Shown: positions 13,403-23,952, counted from the first letter of the stretch. The stretch: 50,883 bases of DNA from Balamuthia mandrillaris (GCA_031835245.2 JAVKOQ020000100.1:124001-174883), one strand, 5' to 3'. Program-made: numbers and translations. Notes: generated from the sequence alone by a model not told the origin.

Positions 13403-16400
13403 ATGAACTTACCCAAATTGAGGTGTGCTCTATATAACCCAGAAGAAGAAGAAGAAGAACAAAGCTCCAAAGCAGTGAAGCAGGAAGGAATGAGCGGTCG
13501 CTCGGTGCGAAATGGTAGTGGTGGTAGCTGCTGCGGGGAGAGCTTCTGCGCCAAAACTACGGCTACCACCGTAAACCAACTACTATGGCAGGCGGTGAGG
13601 CGGTTCGGCGAACGCCCGGCGTTGGCTTGGGAACAACAAGGCAAGTCCTGCAGAATGACCTATTCGGAGTTAGGGGAGGAGGTGCTGCGACTAGCCAAAC
13701 AGCTACAGAGACAGGGCGTTACAAGGAACAGTCGGGTGGCCATCCTAGCAGAACGGCGCGCCGAACTTATTTTGGCAGAAGCTGCTGTTATATGCGCAGG
13801 AGGAGCCTTTTGTTGTTTAGACCCGGAAGCTCCTCCCCAACGCAACCAATTGATTCTTGCAGACCTTCAACCCTCCGTCTTCCTCTGTCAGCAGCATCTG
13901 CTGAACAAACTTAGTCCTGGTGCAGCCCAATGGAAGACCGTGGTCCTTCCCTTGGAGACCTTCTGTTGCAAACAAACGAGCAGCCAAAGAACCGAGGTAA
14001 CCATTCACAACAACAACAACAACGTAGATAAGGAGCTACTAGAAGAAGAGAAAGAAGAAGACATTCAAGTAAACAACCGGCCGGAGGACTTGGCTTATCT
14101 GGTGTATACCTCCGGGACGACCGGCAAACCGAAAGGAGTTATGGTAACGCACCAGAATCTGGTCAACTTTGTGGAGAGCAGCATGAGAAGGACGTGCCAC
14201 CACCGGAAGCAACTCCATCGGACTACCAGTATCGCTAGGCGAACGGAGGAAGAGGCAGATAAGCATGAAGGAGAGCAGGAGGAGCACCATTGGTACTATG
14301 AAGAGGGGGATCGTACGCTGCCCACTGCAGCAGTGCAATTTGATATTCATGTGATGGAGGTGTGGTGTGCGCTTTCGGCTGGCGCTTCCTTATTTCTTAT
14401 AGCCAAGTGGGAGGTGCTGGACAGCAGCTTTCTTGCGCAATATCTCGGCAAGCACAACGTCAACAAGATGTTTATGGCAACGGGCTTGTTTCATCGGTAC
14501 GCCAACACGAGGCCAGATATTCTCGGTCAACTGGAGGCATTGTGTGTAGGAGGGGACTCCCTTTCGGCCTCCTTGGCTATGGCTGTAGCCAACAGCTATC
14601 CCGGATTGCGGCTGCTAAATGCCTACGGCCCTTCGGAGACCACGCTTTGGGCGTCCTACTTCCGCGTGCGCCCTGGACGTCACTATGAGAGGATTCCTAT
14701 TGGCTTCCCTTTGCACAACTACGTGATCTACGTCCTCGACGAAGAGATGCGGCCCCTCTCCTCGCACCACCAATACCGGGAGAAGGAGAAAGAAGAGAGA
14801 CAAACGCAGCGGCAGCAGGTTGGCGAGATTGTGATAGGCGGGCTTGGAGTGGCGACCGGCTATTTCAACCTTCCAGAGCTGACTGCCACCAAGTTCCTTC
14901 CGGATCCGTTTGCGGCAACAGCAGGCCGTGAACCACAACGTATGTATCGCACCGGTGACCTTGGCTACTGGTTGCCAGATGGATGTCTAGCCTTCGCAGG
15001 AAGGGCCGATGATCAGTTAAAAATCCGGGGCAACCGTATCGAGCTCGGCGAGATCGAAACTCAACTCAATCAGCATGCCGGTGTGGCGGCAGCCTGCGTC
15101 TGCGTACAGCAGACGATAACACTTGCGGCTACAGCAACCGGTACAACCCACGGCAACGAAGGTGAAGAGAAACGCTTGATAGCCTGTGTGGTGCCACAGA
15201 AGAGCAACCATGCACGGGAAGAGCAGGTTTCGAAGGAGGAGCTGTTGCGCCACATGAAAGAAAGACTTCCAGAGTATATGCTGCCGAAGCACATCTTTTT
15301 TGCAGAGCATTTGCCTACTAATTTAAACGGTAAAGTGGACAGAAACCAGGTCCTCAGCATGTGGGAGGAAAACCAGGAAGAGGAGGATCTCCGAACGAGC
15401 TGCACACCGTTGCAGCTGGATGATGGCGTAGAGGCAAGACGTGACCAGTCATCTGTGGGGTGCATGTTGCGAGACTTGTGGCAAAGCTGCCTCCATGATA
15501 CAGCTGGTACGATCGGCATGGATGCTAACTTCTTCCAAATGGGCGGAGACTCGTTTGCATGCATGGCACTTGCCGCCAAAGCCAACGAAAAGGGGCTTCC
15601 CCTTACCCCACTCCTCATCAATGAGCATCCAACACTAAGAGCTCAGCTGCAGTACTTGCTTTCCTTGCCTGCTCAAGTATCAACGACTGGTACAACGCGC
15701 GAAGACTACTTGCTGAAAGTTCGACTCACGCCTGCACAACAACGACTGGCAGACATAGTGTTGAAATCTCACGATAGTGTGGAATACCTTGTACCGGCAG
15801 CTCCTTCCCAACGAGCTCTACTTATGATGTCACTACGGCAGCCAAGCAGCGGCCTCATGCAGCTTGTTGCCTCCACTGTTTCTTCTTCTTCTTCTTCTTC
15901 TTCTTCTTCTTCTTCGTCTGGAGTGGTATTCGATATTCATGCCTTCCACAGGGCCTGGGAGATAACCTGCGCGACCCATCCTGCCCTCCGTGCAAGCTTT
16001 CACTGGACTGGCGACATGGCAACTGTTCTCCAAGCCGTTCATAACAAAGTGAAACTTCCAAGTTTTCCTGTGTTTGAGGTTGGCTCTGAAGAGAAACTCG
16101 AAGAGCGGGTGCAACGCTATATCGCTGTGGATAGGAAACGAGGAATGGACTTCAAGGTAGCTCCATTGCTCCGCATGGCTATATTCAAGAGAGGCCCTCG
16201 TTGCACATTCGTTTGGACCTACCACCACGTTTCACTTGATGGCACATCAACTTCCATCGTCTTCCAAGACTTTGTTTCGTTGTACACCACCTTGGTCAGA
16301 TCATCACCACCATCAACATCACCTTCAAATGACCCGAAACGACTGGAAACGCAAACCTCCCTCATCGAAGAGACAGCCCTCATTTCCCCCAGCAACTTAC

Positions 16401-19400
16401 AAGGCCAACAATTCAGCGCGGAACAGGAAACAAGAGCAGAGCAGTTTTGGAAGGAGAGAATGGCTGGTGCCCCGACTGAACCATTGATACCGCTAGACTG
16501 CACCAGCAGCACCCCTCCAATAGCGGAGCAGCTGGTCGTCCATCACCCACTCCGACCAGAACTGGTGATACGATTGAAGCAGTGGTGCAACAGGAATGCA
16601 ATGACTCTTGCTACCGTAACCTTTGGTGCTTGGCTGTTGCTTGGCTTCGTAGAAGATTGCCTTAGTGGAAAGAGGCGCAAGGCTCTGGGATCTCTCATCA
16701 ACTTTGCAGGACGGCCTTCAGAAAGTCTGTCGGCCGCCGCACCCAAAGCTGTGAGCATGCTAGTTAATCCTCTCCCTGTTCATTTGTCGGTGGACGAGGA
16801 GGATCGCCTTCTTCGTTGGCTGAGGCAGCTCCGCACCGCGGTGGTGCAGGCCCAGGAGTATGAGTTGTTTTCTCTCGCTAAGGCACTCTCCTTCGCCAAC
16901 AAGCAAACCTTAGGTCTCGTGCGACATTGCTTCAATTGGGACGGCTCACCATTAGAGTACCGAACGGTGGAGTGCTTTTCTACTCCTTCTTCTTCTACTG
17001 CTGCCTCTTGCGCTTTCCGAGTCGAACGTATAGAAGAGCGTACAGGATTCGGGCTGGCCATGAATGTAGCGGACCATGGAGGCTCCACCCTCACTGTCAC
17101 AGTGGAGTGGAATAACGGAATGTACCATCAGCAGACCATTCATAAACAGCTAGTACGGTTTGAATGGTTGTTGGAAGGTGTTGTTGCTGTAGACAAAGAT
17201 GATGATCCTTCATTGAGACGTCTCATCGATAACATAAGTGCTGCATCTGCACATTTACCCATTCGGCTTCCGCTTGGACTCACTCCTTCTGAGCTAGCTG
17301 TACTTCGTTACCGGCGAGGGCCAAAGAGGGCGAGGGTTGCTTCATATTTAGAAGAGAGTATGTGGAAGCTTCAAGTTGCCAAAGTCAAGGGTACTTTGAA
17401 GCCTTCTGCTCTGCATCGGTGTCTACACGAGCTGGCTCGTCGCCATCCAATACTTCGCACTGTCTTCTACCATTGCGAAGACAACGAGGAAGAGCTGTTG
17501 CGTCGCACCATTCCTCAGGAAGACGTCGACGTATCATTTCAAGCGCAAGATCTTTCCTATCTGAGCAAGGGACAACAAGCAGCTAAATTTGAAGAGGCGC
17601 GGGCCTCGGCCAAACAGCTCCTTCAGCTTGGGCAAGGCGACAACCATAACATGTTCGGCATCATTGCTTTGCGTCTTGGCAAGTTACGGCATTGCTTGCT
17701 TCTATGTTATCACGAGCTTCTCCTCGACCAAAAATCTACAGTGCTCTTCTGGCAACAGCTTTCTTTGTTGCTGAACGGCAAAGATGGCAACCTCCAAGGC
17801 GAACCTAAAAAAGATGCCTCTTCTTCTTTTTTCTCCATTCATCAAGAGAGAGGGATATCAGCCGTTTTACTGTTGCCATTATTCAACAGAACACGTTTAA
17901 GAGGAAATTATGAGAAGATATGCAATCCGCAAACGAGTTTGAGGAAGCCTCCACTCCCTGCGCAACTACCTTATAGTGTACCACCTTCTTCATTATCAGA
18001 GAGTGAAGCAGTGACGAGACGGCCTACTGCTACTGTTGTGCGCACTCTTCTTGTCCCCAATATAAATGCTGAAGAGGGAGCACAACAGCTGTTAGCGGCT
18101 CTGCTCATACTCCTCCATAGATACAACACAGAAACCGATTGTGTGGCAGCCACGCTTGTTCCTTCCGGGCTCGTGCCTCGTGGGACCGATAGCCATACTG
18201 CAGCTGTTTTGGGATGCTTTGCTGCTCCTCGTATCCTAGCAGCAAATATCCCATCAGCCAACTGCCGTGCGGAGGACGTTATACGACAGGTGCAGAGGGC
18301 TCTTTTGAATTCCGGTGCTGAAGATGACGAATACGATGACCAATTGCAGCAGCACTCATGCGACTATTCATCCGGGATTCAACATTGCCGTGGCAATAAC
18401 GTGGAGTTGCTATTCCACCCATACGTTGAGATCCCGAGGGAGGAATGCGCCCCTCTACGCCTTTCACTCCTGCCTTCCCGTTCCATGACGCTTCTCTCTG
18501 GATCCACTGAGGTTGCCTTCCATATCTCAGAAGAAAGACGCGGCGGCTCTCCTGTGGGAACGCTGGAGCTTGCTCTACACTACGATACGCGTCTGTTTTC
18601 CAGCAGAGCGGCTGCATTCATGACCGACCACTACGCCAATGTTCTGAGCAGCATTTTGGCTGACCCAGCAGTACTGCTGGGCGACATACCGCTGCTCTCC
18701 GCTGAGGAAAACCAACTCTTGGATAGCTTTAGTACCTGCAATGAGGACCACAAGATGCAAAACGCTGCAGCTGCCGTGCTGGTGCAGCACCTCTTTGAAA
18801 AAAACGTTGCTTCTCTACCCGACAGAACCGCAGCATACGTTGCAGAAGGAGATATCTCAGTCTCATACGACCAACTCAACTACAAAGCAGAAGCGATCAA
18901 GGAGATGCTATGGGATGTGTGCGGAAGACAGAAGCGAGTGGTTGCACTTTTTTTCAGGCGGTCTGTTGGTTTGTTGGCCTCACAGCTGGCTGTACTCAAG
19001 GCTGGCTTTGTGGTTCTTACTCTGGACCCCGAAGCACCGCTGCAACGCAATGCTGGCATCCTAGAAGACGCCAACTGCCAAGTAATCCTCCACATGGATG
19101 GACTGAAGAACAGTTTGCCATCGCCTACTGTCAACGGTAGCGATGATCCTCCTCTTGTGCAGCTGTGCATTGATTGCCTGGGGGAACCTGTTGTAGCCGA
19201 GTCTTCTGGCAAAGGGCGGCATCTCTGTAAGCCTACTGCTGCTGCCGCTCTTCATCATGAAGTCGCCATGCTGGTATTCACCTCTGGAACCACGGGGCGA
19301 CCAAAAGGCATTCAGGTCACTCATCAAAACATGGTGAGCATGTTTAGCAACAAGTTTCAATTCCATGTGGAGGAAGGGGATAGAGTGCTGGCCACCACTG

Positions 19401-22400
19401 CTGTGCAGTTTGACATGAGCGTGCTGGAGGGGCTGGGCACTCTATGCGGAGGAGGCAGCGTAGTTTTGGTGGACAAAGAGTCTATTCTGGATTCTCGCTC
19501 TATGGCGAAGGTTATCAAGCAGCACAAGATAACCAAGATGGTTTTTGTCAGTGCACTGTTCAACCACCATGCACGAGAGAGACCCGAAATGTTTGCAGGA
19601 CTGAAGCAAATCATACTTGGCGGAGACGAGGTGCTGCCCAAGCCTGTACTGCGGGTGCTGGAGACCAACCCAAGCCTGGTCATCACTCCTGGTTATGGAC
19701 CCACCGAGTGCACAATGGTCTCTACCTATTACTCGATGGACCCTGCCTTGTTGAGCAGCATGCAGACTTCAGTGCCTATCGGCAGACCCATTGACAACGC
19801 AGTGGCCTACGTAGTGGACAGCTATTTCAACCGCGTGCCCGTTGGTGTTTGCGGGGAATTGCTCATAGGCGGCAGAGGTGTTACCAGAGGCTACCTTGGC
19901 AATGAGGAGCTGACTGTCCGCAAGTTCGTTCCCAACCCATTTGCCTCCTCGGCTGTTGGAGGAGCAACGGGAGGGAGTGCCATGGCTCCGGTGTTGTACC
20001 GCACTGGGGACAAGGTGAAATGGCTGTCTGATGGCAATATCCTCTTTGTTGGCAGAAATGATGGGCAACTCAAGATAAGAGGAAACCGTGTGGAATTGGG
20101 AGAGATCGTCCGCGCTCTGCAAGACCACCCACTTGTTGGGGACGTTGCTGTGGTAGCCTGCGACGGGGAAGGTCCTGCACCTACAGCAGAAAAGCATTTG
20201 GTAGCCTTTGTAGTCAGGAAAGGAAAGATTGCCACGGGCAGCGGTATCACTGCTCCGCTAGAAGCTGCCATGCAAGAAGACTTCAGGACGTTTTTAAGAG
20301 GACGCCTTCCCAGCTACATGACGCCACGCAATTTCTTCTCTATCGACCGTATCCCAATGACCCTTAACCAGAAGGTGGATGCTGCCAAGCTGAGAGATAT
20401 TGCTCACATCAAGCTGCGTGAAGAGATGGAGGAAAACGATATCGGGTCGCTTCATCCGCACGGATTAGAGAATGGTGGTGAAGCCTGCAAGAATCCCTGC
20501 GTGAATGGAGCCCCAAAAGATTGGATCACCTCTATCTCGGGAGGTCGTCCGGAGCGCCACATCGCGGTGCGAAAGAAGCTGCACTCACTGTGGAAAGGGG
20601 TCATTGGCCATCCAGTGGGTCCGGAGGACAAATTTTTTGAGGTTGGTGGTGAGTCCCTCATGGTATCAAGGCTCTGCCAACAGATCGCCAACGCTTTCGG
20701 GCTTGATGAAGACGAGGACCTCATGGGTGTTTTCTTTGAGCGGCCGACTATTGCCGGCATGGAGAAGCACGTATTACAACGTTTTGAAGCTAAAACAGCA
20801 ACAGGAGAAACGCATCAGCTATTGCAACCATCCAACGCTGGTAGTATGACACAAACAATCAGCAAAATGCAACCTGAGTCGACGCCTACAGCCAGCTTTC
20901 CACCAGCGACTCACTCTGTTGATAACAAGGAAGGAAAGGAGAAAAAAGAAAAGAAGCAAGCAATGGGCAATGTAGAATCCACACACATAGCAATAGTGGG
21001 TATGGGATTTAGAGGTCCCAAGGCTAGCAATTACCAAGAGTTGTGGGAGAACCTCAAGAATGGGCAGGATTGCATTACTAGGTTTACCACAGCTGAACTG
21101 AAGGGGCATGTCTCAGATGAGGCCCTCTCTCATCCCTCCTATGTAAAGGCAAGGGGGTGGGTCGAGGATGCTCTTCAGTTTGACCCACAGTTCTTCAACA
21201 TTCCGGAGGAGGAAGCTTGCGCCATGAGTCCCCAACACTGGATGTTTTTGGAAATGGCTGCGACTGCCCTGAACGACGCTGGCCACCCCAATCCATCCCT
21301 TCTCAGGACGGAGAAGAAGCTTACTGGAGTATTTGTTGGAGCTGCGGACAGCCACAGTGATGACAGTGGGTATAGCAACGGTGAGGACGAAAAAGAGGAG
21401 GAAGAGGAGGGAACTGGTACCTGCCGGAAGAACGAGACGAAGAGGAGGACTCCAGCAGAGGAAACCAAGCAAAGCATGCTACGCTCTAACCACTTTATAG
21501 CCTCCCGTGTGGCATACCACCTGGACTTGGATGGACCAGCAGTAAGCGTGCAGGCGGCCTGTGCCTCAGCTTTGGTGGCTGTGCATCAGGCTTGTTCCGC
21601 TCTGAACAACGGTGAATGTGACATAGCAGTAGCTGGCGGAGTGGAAGCTGCCCACAAGGAAAAGGAGGGCTACTTTGTGGCAACTACGAGCCTTTCCAAG
21701 GATGGGGTGTGCCGGCCCTTTGACACCCAGGCAGGCGGCTGTGTGCCTGGTAATGGCTGCGGTGCTGTGGTACTTCGACGACTGCAGGACGCTCTTGCTG
21801 ATGAGAATCACATCTATGCTGTGATAAGGGGCTCTGCCACCAAGAATGATGGGGCAGCAGGAAAGATGGGCTATTATTGTCCTGGCGTGCAGGGCATCGC
21901 CTCCACTATTGAACACGCCATTCGTGTTGCTGGCCTGCGCCCTCAAGACATTTCTTTTGTGGAGACAAATGGTACAGCTGTACCTTTAAGTGATTCCATT
22001 GAGATTCAAGCCCTTCGCAAAGTATTTGTTGAGGGCACTGCCACCAAGGACGGACAGACTAAATACCAGATGGAGCCCCTTCATCAGCACCGTTCTCAAT
22101 ATTGTGGTAGAGAAGACAGCAGGCAGCATCCTCATGGCCATATCGCCTTGGGAGCTATCAAATCCAACATTGGTCATCTTGGAGCAGCTTCAGGTATTGC
22201 TGCCCTCATCAAAACTGTTTTATGCCTCTACCATGATACAATTGTCCCAACGGTAAACCATTCTTCTTCTCATGCCAATCTCCGCTTGGAGAGCTCTCCA
22301 TTCTTTGTGCCTACAAAATGCGAGGCCTGGCCTCTTCCTACTGTTCATTCTCACTTGGGTAAGGCAGCTGGAGACGAAACAAGAACACTTTTTGCAGGAG

Positions 22401-22651
22401 TAACTGCAATTGGTAGTGGAGGCACTAATGTCCATGTTGTACTGCAAAATACCCCTTTTCTACCAAGAAGAGGAGTTTCTCTGAGTGCTGACTCCTCCTT
22501 ACAAGAAAGGAGACCCAACATCCCTCCCCTTTGCTTCAACAGGGTATCAATGTCCTCTTTATTGTGTAAACATCAGATTGCTATTAAGGCATCAGACATA
22601 TTTGGTATATCACAAAAGGAGGAAATTGCAGCCTTTGAACTTTATGAGTAA
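13403..22651 (+). CDS. Intronless NRPS-PKS hybrid, 3082 aa: A1-T1-C1-C2(degenerate)-A2-T2-KS; no AT/ACP/TE. Start may be 13403 or 13490.
   Basis: A1: YTSGTTGKPKG (14105), NAYGPSE, YRTGDL, QLKIRGNRIELGEIE, NGKVD. T1: GGDS (Ser 15551). C1: HHVSLDG (16223). C2: HELLLDQ (17711). A2: FTSGTTGRPKG (19277), GYGPTE, YRTGD. T2: GGES (Ser 20654). KS: IAIVGMG, QAACASALVAVH (Cys 21560), ETNGT (21968), KSNIGHL (22175), GGTNVHVVL. Confidence 0.93.
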   Translation: MNLPKLRCALYNPEEEEEEQSSKAVKQEGMSGRSVRNGSGGSCCGESFCAKTTATTVNQLLWQAVRRFGERPALAWEQQGKSCRMTYSELGEEVLRLAKQLQRQGVTRNSRVAILAERRAELILAEAAVICAGGAFCCLDPEAPPQRNQLILADLQPSVFLCQQHLLNKLSPGAAQWKTVVLPLETFCCKQTSSQRTEVTIHNNNNNVDKELLEEEKEEDIQVNNRPEDLAYLVYTSGTTGKPKGVMVTHQNLVNFVESSMRRTCHHRKQLHRTTSIARRTEEEADKHEGEQEEHHWYYEEGDRTLPTAAVQFDIHVMEVWCALSAGASLFLIAKWEVLDSSFLAQYLGKHNVNKMFMATGLFHRYANTRPDILGQLEALCVGGDSLSASLAMAVANSYPGLRLLNAYGPSETTLWASYFRVRPGRHYERIPIGFPLHNYVIYVLDEEMRPLSSHHQYREKEKEERQTQRQQVGEIVIGGLGVATGYFNLPELTATKFLPDPFAATAGREPQRMYRTGDLGYWLPDGCLAFAGRADDQLKIRGNRIELGEIETQLNQHAGVAAACVCVQQTITLAATATGTTHGNEGEEKRLIACVVPQKSNHAREEQVSKEELLRHMKERLPEYMLPKHIFFAEHLPTNLNGKVDRNQVLSMWEENQEEEDLRTSCTPLQLDDGVEARRDQSSVGCMLRDLWQSCLHDTAGTIGMDANFFQMGGDSFACMALAAKANEKGLPLTPLLINEHPTLRAQLQYLLSLPAQVSTTGTTREDYLLKVRLTPAQQRLADIVLKSHDSVEYLVPAAPSQRALLMMSLRQPSSGLMQLVASTVSSSSSSSSSSSSSGVVFDIHAFHRAWEITCATHPALRASFHWTGDMATVLQAVHNKVKLPSFPVFEVGSEEKLEERVQRYIAVDRKRGMDFKVAPLLRMAIFKRGPRCTFVWTYHHVSLDGTSTSIVFQDFVSLYTTLVRSSPPSTSPSNDPKRLETQTSLIEETALISPSNLQGQQFSAEQETRAEQFWKERMAGAPTEPLIPLDCTSSTPPIAEQLVVHHPLRPELVIRLKQWCNRNAMTLATVTFGAWLLLGFVEDCLSGKRRKALGSLINFAGRPSESLSAAAPKAVSMLVNPLPVHLSVDEEDRLLRWLRQLRTAVVQAQEYELFSLAKALSFANKQTLGLVRHCFNWDGSPLEYRTVECFSTPSSSTAASCAFRVERIEERTGFGLAMNVADHGGSTLTVTVEWNNGMYHQQTIHKQLVRFEWLLEGVVAVDKDDDPSLRRLIDNISAASAHLPIRLPLGLTPSELAVLRYRRGPKRARVASYLEESMWKLQVAKVKGTLKPSALHRCLHELARRHPILRTVFYHCEDNEEELLRRTIPQEDVDVSFQAQDLSYLSKGQQAAKFEEARASAKQLLQLGQGDNHNMFGIIALRLGKLRHCLLLCYHELLLDQKSTVLFWQQLSLLLNGKDGNLQGEPKKDASSSFFSIHQERGISAVLLLPLFNRTRLRGNYEKICNPQTSLRKPPLPAQLPYSVPPSSLSESEAVTRRPTATVVRTLLVPNINAEEGAQQLLAALLILLHRYNTETDCVAATLVPSGLVPRGTDSHTAAVLGCFAAPRILAANIPSANCRAEDVIRQVQRALLNSGAEDDEYDDQLQQHSCDYSSGIQHCRGNNVELLFHPYVEIPREECAPLRLSLLPSRSMTLLSGSTEVAFHISEERRGGSPVGTLELALHYDTRLFSSRAAAFMTDHYANVLSSILADPAVLLGDIPLLSAEENQLLDSFSTCNEDHKMQNAAAAVLVQHLFEKNVASLPDRTAAYVAEGDISVSYDQLNYKAEAIKEMLWDVCGRQKRVVALFFRRSVGLLASQLAVLKAGFVVLTLDPEAPLQRNAGILEDANCQVILHMDGLKNSLPSPTVNGSDDPPLVQLCIDCLGEPVVAESSGKGRHLCKPTAAAALHHEVAMLVFTSGTTGRPKGIQVTHQNMVSMFSNKFQFHVEEGDRVLATTAVQFDMSVLEGLGTLCGGGSVVLVDKESILDSRSMAKVIKQHKITKMVFVSALFNHHARERPEMFAGLKQIILGGDEVLPKPVLRVLETNPSLVITPGYGPTECTMVSTYYSMDPALLSSMQTSVPIGRPIDNAVAYVVDSYFNRVPVGVCGELLIGGRGVTRGYLGNEELTVRKFVPNPFASSAVGGATGGSAMAPVLYRTGDKVKWLSDGNILFVGRNDGQLKIRGNRVELGEIVRALQDHPLVGDVAVVACDGEGPAPTAEKHLVAFVVRKGKIATGSGITAPLEAAMQEDFRTFLRGRLPSYMTPRNFFSIDRIPMTLNQKVDAAKLRDIAHIKLREEMEENDIGSLHPHGLENGGEACKNPCVNGAPKDWITSISGGRPERHIAVRKKLHSLWKGVIGHPVGPEDKFFEVGGESLMVSRLCQQIANAFGLDEDEDLMGVFFERPTIAGMEKHVLQRFEAKTATGETHQLLQPSNAGSMTQTISKMQPESTPTASFPPATHSVDNKEGKEKKEKKQAMGNVESTHIAIVGMGFRGPKASNYQELWENLKNGQDCITRFTTAELKGHVSDEALSHPSYVKARGWVEDALQFDPQFFNIPEEEACAMSPQHWMFLEMAATALNDAGHPNPSLLRTEKKLTGVFVGAADSHSDDSGYSNGEDEKEEEEEGTGTCRKNETKRRTPAEETKQSMLRSNHFIASRVAYHLDLDGPAVSVQAACASALVAVHQACSALNNGECDIAVAGGVEAAHKEKEGYFVATTSLSKDGVCRPFDTQAGGCVPGNGCGAVVLRRLQDALADENHIYAVIRGSATKNDGAAGKMGYYCPGVQGIASTIEHAIRVAGLRPQDISFVETNGTAVPLSDSIEIQALRKVFVEGTATKDGQTKYQMEPLHQHRSQYCGREDSRQHPHGHIALGAIKSNIGHLGAASGIAALIKTVLCLYHDTIVPTVNHSSSHANLRLESSPFFVPTKCEAWPLPTVHSHLGKAAGDETRTLFAGVTAIGSGGTNVHVVLQNTPFLPRRGVSLSADSSLQERRPNIPPLCFNRVSMSSLLCKHQIAIKASDIFGISQKEEIAAFELYE

Positions 22652-23818
22652 AGACATAAAAAACCTTATACCTTGTTGTAAACATTTATTTCTCTTTTTT
22701 TGCATTGTTAAGAGATGATTATTGAGAATAAGAATAGAGTTGAGGAAATAAAAAAAATTAAGGTTAATTAGGGATATTATTTTTTAAGGGGAAAAACAAA
22801 TATGTTGCAAAAAAAAAAGACAATAAGAAGAAACAAGTCAAATATTTTAGCCAAATTTGCCCTAATAATTGCCCAAACCCAACATCGAAAAGTATTTAGT
22901 GTACATTTACAAAAGGAACATATAACTTCTTCAATAGAATAAACCTTTATAAAATAAAAGGTCCAAAGTTGTTGAAAAAGGCGAAAAACATGAACAGATG
23001 AGGCCAAAACGTATTATTCAAACGGAACAAGGGAACAAAGAATGTTAAGAGGGAAAGGTGTGATGTGAATGAAAACAAAATTAACTAACTAAAAGAAAGA
23101 GAGAAGGAAGCAATGGAATAAAAGGAAGAAGCCTAGTAACGACAGGAAGAAAGGGAAGGAAAAGGGGCAATGGAGCTAGTATGTTGAGAGTATTTCTCAA
23201 CAAAGTTAATACTTTACTTGCAATGGTCTTTTAAAGGTATGTATTATCAACTACGTCCATGATAAAAGAGGAGTTTCCAAGGACACACCAAAGTAGGCAC
23301 ACCAACTATGAGCTGTAACAATAAATAAGTGTCTCAGCATGTTGGACTTCCTGTCAACACTTTCCTTGGATACCCCAAGTTTTCTTGCTTTTTTTTATTT
23401 TTCCTTTTTCCTTACAACATATTCAAAGCACACTTTCGTCCAACAGAAACACTAGACCAAAGTGTGTTAGACATGCAAGATGAATATAACACAGAATAGA
23501 GGAAATAAGAAAAAAAATATGAAGGAAAGAAAGATATAGAAAATAATACAAAGCTGGAGCCAATAAACTCTCCATTTTGCTCAGCCCATCTGTGTAAGCA
23601 ATGTCTTCTAGTGTATTAGTATATTTAATAGCTATGTTGTCACTGATGAATACAATGCATTAATGGAGTTGCCTTTTTCAGCATTTGCTTTTTGTAGATA
23701 AAATGACAAGGTCTTATGGATCACTGTTTATAAGCTACTATGTGTAAGTTTTCTAACATTTTTAAGGCATAGCCATTGCCAGGCAGCCAAAATAATTAAC
23801 AAACATATATATATTCTT

Positions 23819-23952
23819 GAATAACAATTGGGAAGGCATTGAGGATGAGGGAGTAAGAGAAGTAAGAGTACACTATGTATGTACAATGCTTACTTTTTAT
23901 GTATAGATTGGTGTTGCTCTCAGAGCAAATAAACTTCTTATTACTACTACAC
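23819..23952 (+). mobile_element. 5'-truncated non-LTR retrotransposon copy (3' UTR and TAC tail) with a 13-bp TSD
   Basis: Matches the 3' end of the 25795-30692 element. Flanked by TATATATATTCTT at 23806-23818 and 23953-23965. Confidence 0.88.
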
